A DNA stretch of 64,000 nt from Octopus vulgaris (Eukaryota), in contig OX597832.1 of assembly GCA_951406725.2 (NCBI GenBank), forward strand, positions 2,666,001-2,730,000, written 5' to 3'. Of the stretch, positions 25,482 to 39,155 are shown piece by piece; position 1 is the stretch's first letter; each line of letters begins with the position of its first letter. The position numbers were made by a program, and so were the translations under genes. The notes under the pieces are model-generated. The model saw nothing but the letters and a program-made list of their open reading frames with translations, did no database searches and was not told where the DNA came from.

Positions 25482-27560
25482 TGCCGCACTGACATCATTA
25501 TAAAACCGGCTGACAAGGGTGGAGCAGTGGTGGTATGGCGTGCAGACCTCTATAAGGCCGAAGCTCTCCGCCAACTTAATGACACCTCCTTTTACTGCTT
25601 TCTGCCCTCTGACCCCACGTCCAGCTACCCACAGACAGTCTCCTCTACCATCCATGACCTCATCTCGTCCTCCCATCTCCCCCACACCGCCTCCAACCTC
25701 ACTGTCCGAAACCCCCCGCACCCCCACTATTTACTTCCTTACCGAAATCCACAAACCTAACAATCCTAGCTGCCCCATCATCTCTGCCTGCAACTGCCCC
25801 ACTGAGCTTATCTCCAAATATCTCGACCATGTCCTTGCCCCCCTAGTGGCTTCTCTCCCTTCTCACATCCATGACACCAACCATGCTCTTCGTCTATTCA
25901 ATTCTTTCTCCTCCTTTCCTGGCCCCTCTAAACTTCTCTTCACTCTGGACATCCAGAGCCTTTACACTGTGATCCCTCACCATGCGGGGCTGCGTGCACT
26001 GAAACACTTCCTGGACCTCCGACCCAATCCCCAACCTGACACCTCCACACTCGTTTGTCTGGCCAAATGTGCCAGGGCATGTTCTGTGGTCTGTGCATCT
26101 GCTCTCTCCCCCTGAACTCGCCCTGCAGTCTCCAGCCTCCCTTTTCCCCTCACCTACCACCCCTCCACCCTACCTCTCCAATGCACCATCTCCGAGCTTT
26201 CCGGCATCTCCAGTCCAACCCATCCACTTCACACATCTTCCCTAACTGACCCCTCCCCTCCTTCAAATGAGCCCACAACCTACAAGACCTCTTGGTCCAC
26301 AGCTTCTTCCCCAACCCTACCTCCCAACCTGGCTTGTTCCTGCCCATGCTGCCGCACTTGCCCTTACCTCTCCAACACCACCCTTTTCACCGGCACCCAT
26401 CATTGACCCTATCGCATCACTGACTCTTTCACCTGCACCTCTACCAATATCATCTATTGCATCTCCTGCTCTCTCTGCCATTCTCTGTACATCGGACAAA
26501 CAGGACACCACTTGGCTGACCGGTTCGCGGAACACTTCTGAGACATCCGCTTCGGCAATGACACTCTGGTCTCACACCATTTCTGCTCTACCAGTCACTC
26601 TTTGCAACACCTGTCTGTGTTCGGATTATCCTTGCACAGAAGCCATCCTGACTCCCGTTTGCACCATGAACAGGGATTAATCTTCTCTCTTCGCTCCTTT
26701 ATGCCATTTGGGCTCAACTCTCTTCTCTTCTTCATCTAACCTCCCCCCTTGCCTCTCTCCCCCTCTCCCCACTTCTTCCCACTTACCTCTCCTCTCTTGC
26801 TCCGACTCCTACTTCTCTTCACTCCTACTTCTCTACACCCCTACTCTCTTTCTCTCTTCTCTCTTACTCTTTCACTCTCTCTTTCTCTCTTCTCTCTTAT
26901 TCTCTTTCTCTCCTCTCTCTTACTCTCTCTCTCTCTTCTCACATACCCACATTCCCCTTCCTCCCCCATAAGCCCCCCCATTCCTGCTCCAATTTCCCTA
27001 TCCTTCCCATCCCCCCATCCCATCCCTTACACCCTCACCCACATACCCCACCTCCACCCCACCCTCTACCTACCCACCATACCCCAACCCTCAGCCTAAC
27101 CCAAACCCAACTGGGCTTTCCTCATTCTCGCCTCCCCCACCTCTCAACAACATCACAACACATCACCCACACACCAGCACTGACCAATTCCCATCCCCAC
27201 ATTTTCACACCTACACATACACACACGCACACGTCAAGACCACCAGCCCTCTTTCACACGCGCATACATATCTCTTTCACACACATGCACCTTCATGTTG
27301 GGGGTCATCTTTACTTTGTTTTCTCCCCTACTCCTTCACTCTCCTGTGTGACCCTTCGGTCCGGCAGTCGCCATGATAGATCGGTAGCCACTACACACAT
27401 TTTTTTCTCTCCTTGCTTTTTTTTCTGCGTCCCTTTCTGTAGAAGAGCATAGGCTCGAAATGTAAAAGACTTTTTCAATTCCTGGGCGTTATACTAATAC
27501 ATCTGTTTGTTTTATACACCACCTGTCTTCGTCTTTTGTTTTTTTCGTGAACTCTCCCGA
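25482..27560 (+). mobile_element. Penelope-like element: RT N-part, GIY-YIG endonuclease, CT-rich 3' region; internal deletion near 26068
   Basis: IIKPADKGGAVVVW, IYFL.EIHKPNNP.CPIIS, LDIQSLYTVIPH; FTCTSTNIIYCISC..C..LYIGQTG..LADRFAEH; PFGLN. Confidence 0.93.
27429..27470 (+). ncRNA. Degenerate hammerhead-like motif at PLE 3' end
   Basis: GTC..TTT...GAAGAGC-ATAG-GCTC-GAAA-TGTA-AAAGAC; core deviates from CUGANGA. Confidence 0.45.
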
Positions 27561-27753
27561 TAGATAGATGTATGTATATAATACATATATAGATGTGTGG
27601 ATATATGTATGTATATATATACACATATATATGCATACATATACATATATACACACTCTCACACACACATATATATAAACATATAGATGGATATATATAT
27701 ACATAGATGTGTGTGTATATATATATGTATGTATATATATAATACATATATAG

Positions 27754-27794
<41 letters not shown>

Positions 27795-27875
27795 TGTGTA
27801 TATAATGCATATATGGATGTGTGTATATATATATATATATGCATACATCTACGTTTATATACATCTATCTATCTA
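27560..27875. repeat. Compound (TA/TG/CA)n microsatellite; others at 946-998, 19535-19589, 22945-23006, 42874-42936, 49141-49281, 54130-54225, 59132-59217
   Basis: Seen directly. Confidence 0.95.
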
Positions 27876-29819
27876 TTGATATAATCAAAATAAGCAACAA
27901 AGATATCCAAAGGTAATGCAGTACGATCGTTTCAAGCAACTCCATTTAATTGAACAATGCGATCATTACATCAATTTAAATACAGAGCAATCCTCAGCTA
28001 CATAAAGAATTAGATTAAATTAAAAGCAGATGGACACATTAGTATCATTTTACCTAAAATCTCCAAGGAAGTAAGGAGATAGACAAAGAACATGCTGTCT
28101 TCACTTCAGCTTAGAAGCTACTAAGGTATCAGGAAGAAAGACTTGTTACAGGTCTAGTTTGTCACTGTTTTATGGGGTCAGTTTTAATTTATAGTCTAGT
28201 TTATCAAATCTTTGTATATCTAAGGCTAAAAGAACAAGGAGTAGTGCCTGCTAGGAAGTGGGCTGAGGGAGTCGACAGAAATTATAGTGGGTATAGTCAT
28301 AAAAACTATCAAGATTAATTTGAAGCAATATAACGAGATTTGGTAAAGGAAATCTTAAATCAAGATGATAGCTGACAATTAAAGGGGCAAGCCACTAGTA
28401 GACCATTGATAATGAAACAGCGGAAATTTTATTATGGGGTACTATAGTTAAATATTTTAAACAATATTGCCATATTGTATAAAGTTAAAATTTAAGGTTA
28501 TTCAGAAGATTATTAAGAAGAATATTATAACAAATGGATAAAAAGTTTTTTGAATATATACCAAACTTTTTACCACAATAGAGGGAGGAAAAGAAATTAT
28601 CTAGAAATAGTTTAATATTTATACATATTATATACTTAAATACTAACTTATCAGATGGTATCTGTGAAGATTGATCAATTGGTATTTACTGGTATTTAAT
28701 AAAGGAGTACTGAGGTAAAAGAACATGCTAACTATGTATTAATTAAATTATAACATCCAGGATAATACAGTGTAGGATTACATAAAAAAGCATATAAACA
28801 GGAAAATGGAATAAGACAAAATTCAAACAAAGAATAATTCTCCAAAGGGAAAAAACCCCTGAGAACTTCTCATGGAAACCCCTTAAAACCACAGTCATCT
28901 TGACCACTAAAGAAGTGCCTTCTCCTAGTTGTTCTCCTTCAATTTATAGATGCATACTCAGAGTAAACCCATCCACTTGGGCCAAGTTTTCTACTCTCAT
29001 CCACCTTTCAAGAAATTTGATGGGAGGCAGCACTTCCCTCTTCATCCTCACTTTCCTCTTCAAATGAAATTTTAAAATGCTTCTGAGGACTTTATTATGG
29101 TCAAAGAGGAAGGTGTCTGTCTTTCAGCTGGTTGCTAGTTCAGGAGAGCTGAAGCTGCTGTAATGGTGGTAGAAGAGTTAAATATTAAAAATGTATATAC
29201 ATTGCAAGTAGTTGTTATGTATTGGTGAAGGAACCTTTGCTAATGGGTTGAATGGATTTTTAAAATATGGTTCAGCTAGTTTGTGTGAATATAGCAGAAG
29301 CACTGTCCCAGATAATTGGGTAATAATTTAATATAAGTTAGATATTGGTAGAAGGTCAGTAGTTGATCAGCTTGAAGTGTTTATTGTGAGTTAGATGTAC
29401 TGTTTAGGATTTTGATCTATTTTGAGTGTGAAAGAAGCAGAATCTTGTGACCATAACAGGAAATGCATAAACAATATCATGCCACTGGTGAATAGGGTAG
29501 GGTTCAATTCATGTGATATTACTATTTAATTGTTTTTGTGACATTGGATTCTAACACTAATAGTGTATAGTGGTGCATGTCATAATCAAAATACAAAACT
29601 GGGTTTCTCTCAGACATCCAGAACATCTAGTCAGCTATCTCTGTGATCTTTGTCAGAGAGAGTAATGCTCAAGGCCATCTTAAAAGCATTTAAAAAAATA
29701 AAGTAATTTTTTAAACTACAACTATGAAAAAACTAGTTGAAGTTCTAAAAGGACTAAAACCTAAGAATATAAAAAAGTTGTAATCTTACTGAAGTTCATC
29801 ATACGCCCAGTGTAGTGAA

Positions 29820-30128
29820 GGTGTATGGCCTAGTGGTTAGGGTATTCAGGTCACAATCATGAGTTTGATTTCCAGTGGTGCATTGTGTCTCTTGAGCAAG
29901 ACACTTTCATGTTGCTCCGGTCCACTCAGCTGGCAATAATGAGTAGTACCTGTTTTTTTTAAGGGCCAGCCTTGTCACATTTTGTGTCACACTGAATCTC
30001 CCTGAGAACCAGAGTAAGAATATGTGTGTCTGTGAAATGCTCAACCACTTGCACATTAATTTCATGAGCAGGCTGTTCTGTTGATTGGATCAACTGGAAC
30101 CTTTATTGTTGTAACCAACAGATTGCCT
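29820..30128 (+). repeat. tRNA-derived SINE with V-domain-like core; also about 4215-4482(+) and 8060-8312(-)
   Basis: TGGCCTAGTGGTTAGG head; TTGTGTC(C)TTGAGCAAGACACTT domain. Confidence 0.75.
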
Positions 30129-31932
30129 ATTTTTTTTCTTGGGGTGGGAATATGCGAGGCATATCTCTGGGACTATTTTATTAATGATAAGTTAAATGTG
30201 TATAAGTATTTTTTAAAAATCTACAATAGAATTCTTCAGCTAGTGTCATTTTTATTAGTCTTCCTGATTTGAAATTTTCTATTTGTCAGCTGCCAGCATA
30301 GATAGGCACAGGCTGTGTAGTTCAGAAGTTCACCTTGTAACCATGTGGTTTTGGGTTCAGTCCCACTGTGCAGCAGCTTCTTCTATTGTCCTTTATACCA
30401 ATACTTCTGTGAGGAATAATGTTTCTTTATGCTGAATCAAATATCTCACCATGCACTTGTGATGTTACTTTGGATGGTCTCTCCATTTTCTTCTCTGCTA
30501 GTCTTTCCTCATATGTGCTCCACTTAAAACATTACACTTCATTCTTGTCAAAGCAAATATATATGTAAACTATTCTGTCTTCAAGATCTTTTTATTTGGA
30601 TTTATTAGTCCACCTGAAAGAAGTTATTTCATTATAATAATGGCTTGGTCAGGATTTTGAAGCTAGAATGTATACAACAGGGATGGCTATTATAAAGTAT
30701 CTTGTCCAAAGCTCTAACAATTTTATCAGTCCACTGCCCTGGGTTAGTAATTTATTTATGAAAGGATCAAAAGAAAAGTTGACCGTGGCAGGATTTGAAT
30801 CTAGAGTTCAAGGAGTCAAAATAAATTTTTATAAATCAAACATTTTAATGTCTCTACTAATTTGTTGCCCTACTCCATCTCTACTGTGTCTTTATTCTCC
30901 ACCTCTATGTGTTTCAACTTATTTCTCTATTGCATCTCACTTATCAAGCTGTCATTATTCCATAATCAGGAAGGCTTGCAATTGATAAGTTCCTTTGACT
31001 AACAAACAAAGAAACAACAAATCTAGTAAAAGTTTACGCAAATAACTCAATTTATTAGAAAATACTGATCTTTATGACAACTGAGAAATGTGGATGTAAA
31101 ATAGCTATCAAACAGAAGAAAATAATATTCAATGTTAGAATAGAAAGATTGGCAGCTGTATTATAATAAATATCACAGTCATCTGATAAATTCAACTAAC
31201 TTTAAATGTCTAATTCTTTAGCTTTAGAATCTTTAATTAGTTAGCAAAAATGAGTTAATGCTGTTACTGTTGTTGTTATTCTTGCAGTTGTTAATTAGAT
31301 CCACCCAGTTCTGTATAACAAAATCCTTACCTTGAACTTAACTGATTAAATTGTTACAATGGCAGTGAGGTCATATTTCTATGTGATTCACAACCATGTT
31401 GCTGTCTTTATCATAAATTAGCTAATTGTGAAAGGATATGGCAGTCTGGACATGTTCTGTCCTGTTTGACACCTAATTTTGTTATATACAATGTTTAGGT
31501 GGTAAGAATGATGATTATAGTGGTAGTTGTGCTAATAGTAATACAACAAGTTGGTACTGGTGATGCTGATACAGCTTGCAGTAGTGATGGTAATATATAT
31601 GATGATAGCAGTGTCAGTAGGGCAAAAGTAATAATAATGGTAATGGCAAGTAGTGATGATGATGGTGGTGGTGGTGGTGGTGGTGGTGGTAGTAATTGTG
31701 ATAATAAGAGCTGTGACAGCAGTAATGATGGGGTTGAAGGTGATGGAAAAGATAATCCTAATGGTGATGATCAAATGACTGCTACATCTAGAATAATTTG
31801 GCTTAGGCAGGGGATTAGGCAGATCATTTCCACGTGTCAATGCAGGAGAGTGAAAACATATACAATATAGTTTAATGCTGGTTACTATGTAACTAGCATT
31901 ACTGATTACTGGAGGAAGGTTGTGGTAATATA

Positions 31933-32826
31933 TGAGGTCTGATCAATAAGTATCCAGACTGTTGACATAGTAATGAAGCTAAAGCACACAGAGTAAAGCT
32001 ACTGGCAAAGATTGGCTTTGAACTCTGCTGTTCATGTGCACTAAGTTTTAACGCTCTAGCCCACTTCCACTTTTTACTGCAGTGCTTGGAAGGAAGGTGT
32101 GTAGTGTGTGATCATCGCATTGACCATGGCAGAGAAAGTTGTCATGACGATACCTACTCAGAGTCCTTTGACAAGTAGCAGAAAGTGTATGGAGTGGAGT
32201 GTAAGAACCACACACAAGTGTATGAGTGGTTCAGATGATTGAAAGATAGCAAAAAAAATGACAATATTGATGAACATTCTAGGAAACCCACAACTAGCAG
32301 AACTGAGAAAAACACTGCAGATATGCATGCAGCTGTGAGAGGAAGTTGTTGAATCACCATCCATGAGTTATCAGAGGATGTGCAGATTAGTTATAGCTCA
32401 GTTCAGTCCGTTATCACTGAAGATTTGGGTATGAGATGCGTGTCTGCCAACTTTGTGCCAAAACTGCTTTCAGCTGACCAAAAAGACACTCGGGTTTCAG
32501 TTGCACAACATCTCCTTGGTTGCGTCGAGAATGGTGAAAACTTTTTGAAAACTTTGTGTAGGTCTCTGAGCAGGTATTGCCAAGCTTTTAGCAAATTGTG
32601 ATGCAGATTCTCTGCTCAACTTCCTCTGTCATGGTCAATATGATGATCACATGCTACACACCTTCCTTCCAAGTGCTGCTGTAAGCAGCGGAAGTGAGCT
32701 AGGATGTTAAAACTTAGTGCACATGCACAGCAGAGTACAAGATCAATCTGTGCCAAGCAGATTCACTCTGTATGCTTTAGCGTTGTTTCTATGGCAACAG
32801 TTCAGATACTTATTGATCAGGCCACA
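31933..32826 (+). mobile_element. Non-autonomous mariner element with long inverted arms and a transposase HTH remnant
   Basis: TA on both sides; TIR TGAGGTCTGATCAATAAGTATC; QVYEWFR, ITIHELSEDVQISYSSVQSVITEDLGMRCVSANFVPKLL. Confidence 0.92.
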
Positions 32827-34627
32827 TATGGTTGAAAGACAACATAATGAAACTTAGTGTGTGGATATTGGTATTCATTTAGTGAAAGCAAACATCTGAA
32901 TGAGGAAGTCTTGGATTTGACTCCACATGGACAAGCAACTTCTAGGACCTTGAGCAAGTGTTTTCTACCATCATCTCAGGTCATCATAGGTCTTCTAAGT
33001 GATACTTGGTTGATGGAAACTGTGCCTGTTGGATGATGTACACCTGTAATTAAAGTGACCTGCCTTGTCACACAATTTCATGCCAAATCTGTTTGACAAT
33101 ACTCTTAAAGGTACTCATGTCTGTGGAATATTTGGTTCCTTATATTACAATTCAAGAAATAGGTAGCTCTCTGTTGATCAAACAACTAGAATATTCGTTG
33201 AAATTGGTGATGAATTTCCATTTGTTTTTGTTTTTTTTCATCAACTACGTATAGTGAGAGAAAAGAGAATGAGGAAAAAGGGAGAAAGAAATGACAAAAT
33301 TATAAAAAGTTTTTCCTTTCCTGAAATAAAGAGTTATTTCTAAAATATCAGCTTCCTCTTTTTCCTTGTCCCACAAACTTATTTGAATTTGTGAATATCA
33401 CAACACAATTTTTCCTAATCATTAGTTTCCTGAAACTCTTTACTTTTTTTTTCACACTTGGAAATATAACAACTGCAGTATGTACACTGATTAGAAAGAC
33501 TTATATTTGATGCAGCTTTGGTCTTTTCCCTATTGCTTAATCTGATAAGTGAGTGACAGCAGTACAACTAAACTTAATAATACTTCAGCTGTCAACAGGC
33601 AAGCTACAGGTAAGTTGCTTTAATTGGGGACTTTATAATAACAACAGTGTCATGTATCACTTAGAATATCATTAGACACCTTAGCTGATGTTATGGTTAA
33701 CTATTTAACATTGAATGTAAAAAAAGTAATTTCACATTTGAAATATCTAGCACCAAATGCAGTTTCAACACAAGGAAGACTATACCACATAAGATTTAAT
33801 GACATAGAATTTTGGGAATAAATGATGTTCACTTGAAATGTGAAAAAAAAAGTAAAATATTAAACATTGTTTACACAAACTCGTTTGTGTAAATCTTCAA
33901 AGTTTGTAAGCCACGAGAGGATTCTCTACATGGTTGTTTGATTTACTAAAAGTAGCAACCAAATCTTTCAAATTTCACAATAAAATGGAAGGACATTGAA
34001 TAATGTAGTCCACTTGCTCAATCAGGGCTGATTTGTAGTTTTCTAAGACTTGAAAGTTGGTAAAAAAACAAAAAACAAAACAAAGTAAAATAGTTAAAGT
34101 CAAAGAACAATCTTGTTTTCAATGTCCAGTGAATTATATGCAATGCTGCCAATTTATAGCTATGTACATGTGTGTGTGTGCAGAGCCAATGTATGTCAAT
34201 TGTAGTTTTACTGCCCTCTGAACTAACTGATGCTTAAATTTTTTTTTAAATTGTCCAAAACAATTAATGGAAGATATTTGATCATTTTTTCCTGAATGTG
34301 ATGACTTATGCCAAATTAACAATTTAAAAAAATTTCTCAGTTAGGAGGAAATGTCACTGCTCATGAAAGGACTATGAGATTGTTGGGAGAGAGGGAGGTA
34401 GGTTATCATCAAACTGAAGAACATTTGCAACATAGTGGACTCTGCCAAAATCAATCAATAGTAGTGTTAAACTGGGTGATAGATTAAGTTTACTCTTCAA
34501 GTATGCAATGGTAGGATTTGAACTCAGAACATAAAGAGCCAAAACAAATACTGCAAGACGTCTGACACTAACATTTTTACCAACCCACTACCCTAGACTA
34601 GTAAGTACTTCATTTATTAACCATTAA

Positions 34628-34848
34628 CCCATTTGTTACCATATTTATTTTGAGATGCTCTGTGTTTGTTTCAATTACTTTAAATATAACAAAGACTTTA
34701 GTAAAATAAATTAGTTATCATTAAGCTAGTGTTAGGAACATAAATTGTGACTAAGGTTTGGTGGAAGATTTTAACTCAAAACTTATGAAAACAAGACATT
34801 TGTACTACAAAGCCAGAGGCGGCTTCAGCCGGGTTGGTATCAAAAGGG
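34628..34848. mobile_element. piggyBac-type MITE nested in a SINE
   Basis: TTAA-CCCATTTGTTACCA ... TGGTATCAAAAGGG-TTAA; SINE sequence resumes on both sides. Confidence 0.85.
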
Positions 34849-36689
34849 TTAAAGGATGAAAGGCAAAGTTGACCACAACTAGATTTAAAATCAGGATGCA
34901 AGATACTGGGAAAATATTGCAAGTTATTTCATCCAATGTGCTGATGATTCTGATAATTTACCACTATTTTAGACGTCTCAATTCATCACCAAAAGTTACA
35001 AATTCTTCTAAAAGTTTAATCATTATCTCCATATAACTATTGTTATGAAATAAATCATTAAAACATGAACAATGGACCAGGAATATATTTATCATTATAA
35101 AGAGCTGGAGCTAAGTTGTCACAGAAATACTTTAGTACTTATTAGCTCCCAGATTCACTGAGAAGAAAATGTAATCTGGTTTAACCTATTGTAGCCTAAC
35201 ATAAAATACAGCATCACAGTTGTAAATGATCAGAGTGAATATGAATTATAACAGTATAACTATCATTACGAAAAGTCTCTCTGTAAGCATAATTAGAGTA
35301 GATAAACTGTCAGAGAATGCAAGATTTATTTATGTTCAAAGGTATTCAATTTTTTTAAAAATCCCTTCAGAAGCCATATCACTCATTAGAAAAAAATGCA
35401 TTGTTTATATCAAGATTATTGAATATACAAGTTATATCAGATCAGATGATAAGTAACAGAATATATTTCTCATGTGTATATGGAAAGTTTAAAGAATTAA
35501 AGCAGAAGGATTAGGTCAGTTATTGTGTATACAGAAATGAAAGATATGGTTCCATAGAAGATGATATTTATCCTCTCATAAAAAAGTTTAAAGTGAAAAG
35601 GGAAATGAAATTTTATCACGAATTCTACTTGAAAAGATCCCGACTAGTTTGCTGGTTGAAATCTGATGCCTCTGGAGGTTTGTCATAGGTCAAGAGAGTC
35701 AGAGAAATATGATCACGATTAGGAAATGCCTGAAGTGTGCATGACAAACAATAGATGAGTGTGAGGAATGAATACATTTTGACTATAAATTGCTATTAGC
35801 TACCAAGCATGCACACACTCACACACACACACCAACACATAGATACTGAATAAATATTTTACACATACAGGCACATATGTGTGCATACATACATATTTAC
35901 TTATATATATATATATACATCAACATTTTATGTCTGCTTTCCATGATGGAGTGGATTAGACAGGTTATCATGTACCAAGTCATTTCTTTTTCAGAGCTGC
36001 TACTCTCCTAGATGGGTCACAGAATTACATCCGACTTGTATATGTCATTTTTGGAATAGTTTCTATAGAACCTTTCTCAACACCAAGATCTTTCTAGGGA
36101 ATATTGGAAACATTTTATCAGGGCACCAGCACTAGCGAAATAGCTTTCTAACCAACAAAGCTAGAGAGCCTTCATTTTATTCCTTGTTGTTTTCACTCAT
36201 TCAGGACAATGACAGAAATGAACAAGAATGAGAAGGTGAAAGAAATGAAAGTGTTGATAAAGGTGGCAGTGTGGCAGAGGAGGGAGAAATAGAAGAGAAA
36301 GAGAGAGAGTAAGGAGTACTGGAGTAGTGATAGTAATGGGAGGAAGTAATGGTAGAGATATAGTAAGGTTAATGAGAAAGAGAGTCATAGCAGTTGTGTA
36401 CTTGCTGGCAAGGGAAGGAGAGTGAGAGATAAAAGAGAGAGACAAATGTCAATAAGTGGTGGTTCACAGCCCTGAAGGGTGATGGTCTGGTGCATTGGAT
36501 ATTAACAGATCTGACTTAACCCCACATTACATAGAAATTGTGAAAAGAGAGAGAGAGGGAGAATCCTCTATCACTACCACCATTTAACTACCTTTCCCCA
36601 TACCTGTAAAGGCAGTAGTATCTTCTAAAGCATCATATATTGTCAATCATCATAGTTCTTTGTCATCTCCATTGTGAGGTGCAGCTACA

Positions 36690-37110
36690 TGAGATCAGTC
36701 CCATGTCTTCCTTGGTTTTTCTTTTCTTCCATAGGTTCCATCCAATTTGGAGCACAATGCTTCATTGTACAACTGTCATCCTTCACATGCATCACATGCT
36801 AGTATTAGTATACCCACCTCTCTTGGCATATTATATCTGATTCTTCTTCTATCCAGATTTTTTCTTAGCTCATTTGTATTTCTTTATTCATGCTCATAAA
36901 TATCACACTTCCATCTGTGCATGATTGCTTCATTTCTTTGTAGTCTTTGCAAATCTTTTGCATTCCATATCTTTGTCTTGCTAGGTAAGTAACAAATGCT
37001 ATCAACCACAAACAATGTTTCTGAGCATTGAAATGCGGCTATTTCATATATATTTTTCATATTAACTATTCTTGTGCATCTTCCACAACAAAGTCTGCCT
37101 TCTCTGTTAG
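36690..37110 (-). mobile_element. Highly decayed RTE fragment
   Basis: DLQRLQRNEA.M.RWKC and CGRC motifs shared with other RTE copies. Confidence 0.65.
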
Positions 37111-37744
37111 TCTGTGATCCCAAGTATTTGTTAGTTTGCCTGTCTGTCTAACAGGCAAATGACAGATAGACATGGCCCCTACTATGAACTATATTTCCTC
37201 TACCTGGTATAGGCTGTAATATCAGTACTATTAAAAATAAATTGAAATAAAGAAAACTGGACACTCTATTCATCATCATACATAGAATAGTCCTTCCAAA
37301 GAAAACGAGTCAGTGGCACAAAAAAAAAAAGAAGAAGAAACTCGGTCTGACAGACAAAGCAATAAAATTATGTGAGTTAGAAATAAGTGAAAGCTCACAA
37401 AATTATCTCCAAGATAGAGGGAGCAGAGCATCTCTTTCTCATTAAAGAATGTCACTATAAGTAAAAGAAGAAAGGTATTGAGATGCACTATTACAAAAAT
37501 TCTGAAATATATCATTGGTATTGTTTTGTGTTCCAAGTTATTATGAGAAAAGGAAAACCCCAATAATATTGCTAACAGAAAGCAATCTTTTGAAATGTAC
37601 CAATGAAATTTGCACATCTGTCTATGTTAGAAATATAGAGGTTTCATGTGACATTCATATGTATGTTATACTAGTATCTGTTTATGATACCATAGCTGTT
37701 CCACTCTGTAATTGGTATACTAGAGTATGATATCAGTTCAATGA

Positions 37745-39155
37745 CATGCTCATCATAATCCTTCAGGCAATAAAGGAACAATTTAAGATAGGCTGTCCCT
37801 GGGAGTTTCTCTACGCTGATGACCTTGCTCTTATAGCTGAACTAGAGAAGTTCCAGGTATGGAAGCAAGGTCTAGAATCAAAGGGCCTTAGAGTTAACCT
37901 AGCAAAAACCAAAGTCTTAGTAAGTAGAAAAGCAGACAAATCACAAATCCCTTCAGGTAGATGACCCTGCTCAATCTGTAGACAAGTTGTAGGTAGAATC
38001 TTTGTAAGATGCACCTAGTGTAAGCTTTGGACACATAAAAGGTGCAGCAACATCAGGAAGGTTAACGGGGAAACTAACTTTAGTATGTGGAAGATGCATA
38101 GGTACAATAAACACTGAAAATGGGCAGAAAATAGACTCCATCAATTACAATGGGAGCAAGCTAGAGATAGTAAATAGCTTCCGTTATCTAGGTGACCAAG
38201 TTAGTAGTGGAGGTTGATGTTCCGGGGGTGTAGCTGTGAGAATAAGATTAGGCTGGGCAAAGTTCAGAGAGCTTCTACCCCTGCTTGTAACAAAAGGCTT
38301 CTCTCTCAGAGTGAAAGGCAGATTGTTTGATTCCTGTGTATGAACAGTTGTGCTGCATGGCAGTGAAACATGGGCTGTGACAGTCGGGGACATGCATAGA
38401 CTTGAAAGAAATGAAGTCAGTATGCTTCGTTGGATGTGCAATGTCAATGTACATGTTCAACAGAGTGTAAGCATCTTGAGAGAAAAGTTAGGCATAAGAG
38501 GTATCAGATGTGGTGTAGATGACTGTGCTGGTATGGTCATGTGATGCATATGGACAAGGACAGCTGTGTAAAGAAGTTCTGATATGTAACTGTGGAGGGA
38601 ACTTGTGGTAGAAGTAGACACAGGAAGACACGAAATGAGGTGGTGAAGCATGATTTTCAAACTTCGAGCCTCACAGAGGCAATAACTAGTAAGCAAGACC
38701 TTTGGCGACATGTTGTACTTGAGAGGACCCATCAAGCAAAGTGCGCTCATGCTGGTAACATGTAAAGAACACGTTTCAACTGTTGGGCCTCATTGAGGCA
38801 AAGTGGTTGAGTTCCTTTTGAGCATTGACCCTCATAAAGGCAAAGTGGTTGAATTCCTTTCAAGCATTGGGCCTCATGGAGGCAAAGTGGCTGAGTTCTT
38901 TTCAAGTGTTGGGCCTCATGAAGGCAATGACCAAGACCTTTGGCATTATGTCGTGCTTGAGAAGAAGACCCATGAAGCCAAGCAAAATTGCAGTTGTGGC
39001 AGATATTGGTGTCACAGAAATGGCACCCATGCCGGTGACATATAAAAACACCCATTACACTCTCAGAGTGGTTGGCGTTAGAAAACATGACAAATCAGAC
39101 TGGAGTCTGGGGCAGCCTTCCAGCATGGACAATGGACACTAAATGATGATGATGA
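37745..39155 (+). mobile_element. 5'-truncated RTE LINE with 42-bp tandem array near the 3' end
   Basis: CPWEFLYADDLAL, LRVNLAKTK, LHGSETWAVT, (GAT)n tail. Confidence 0.92.

Noticed and set aside
31499-31870. Signal-peptide-like Gly/Asp-rich ORF
   Set aside because: Degenerate (GAT/GGT/AAT)n low-complexity DNA; no other support.
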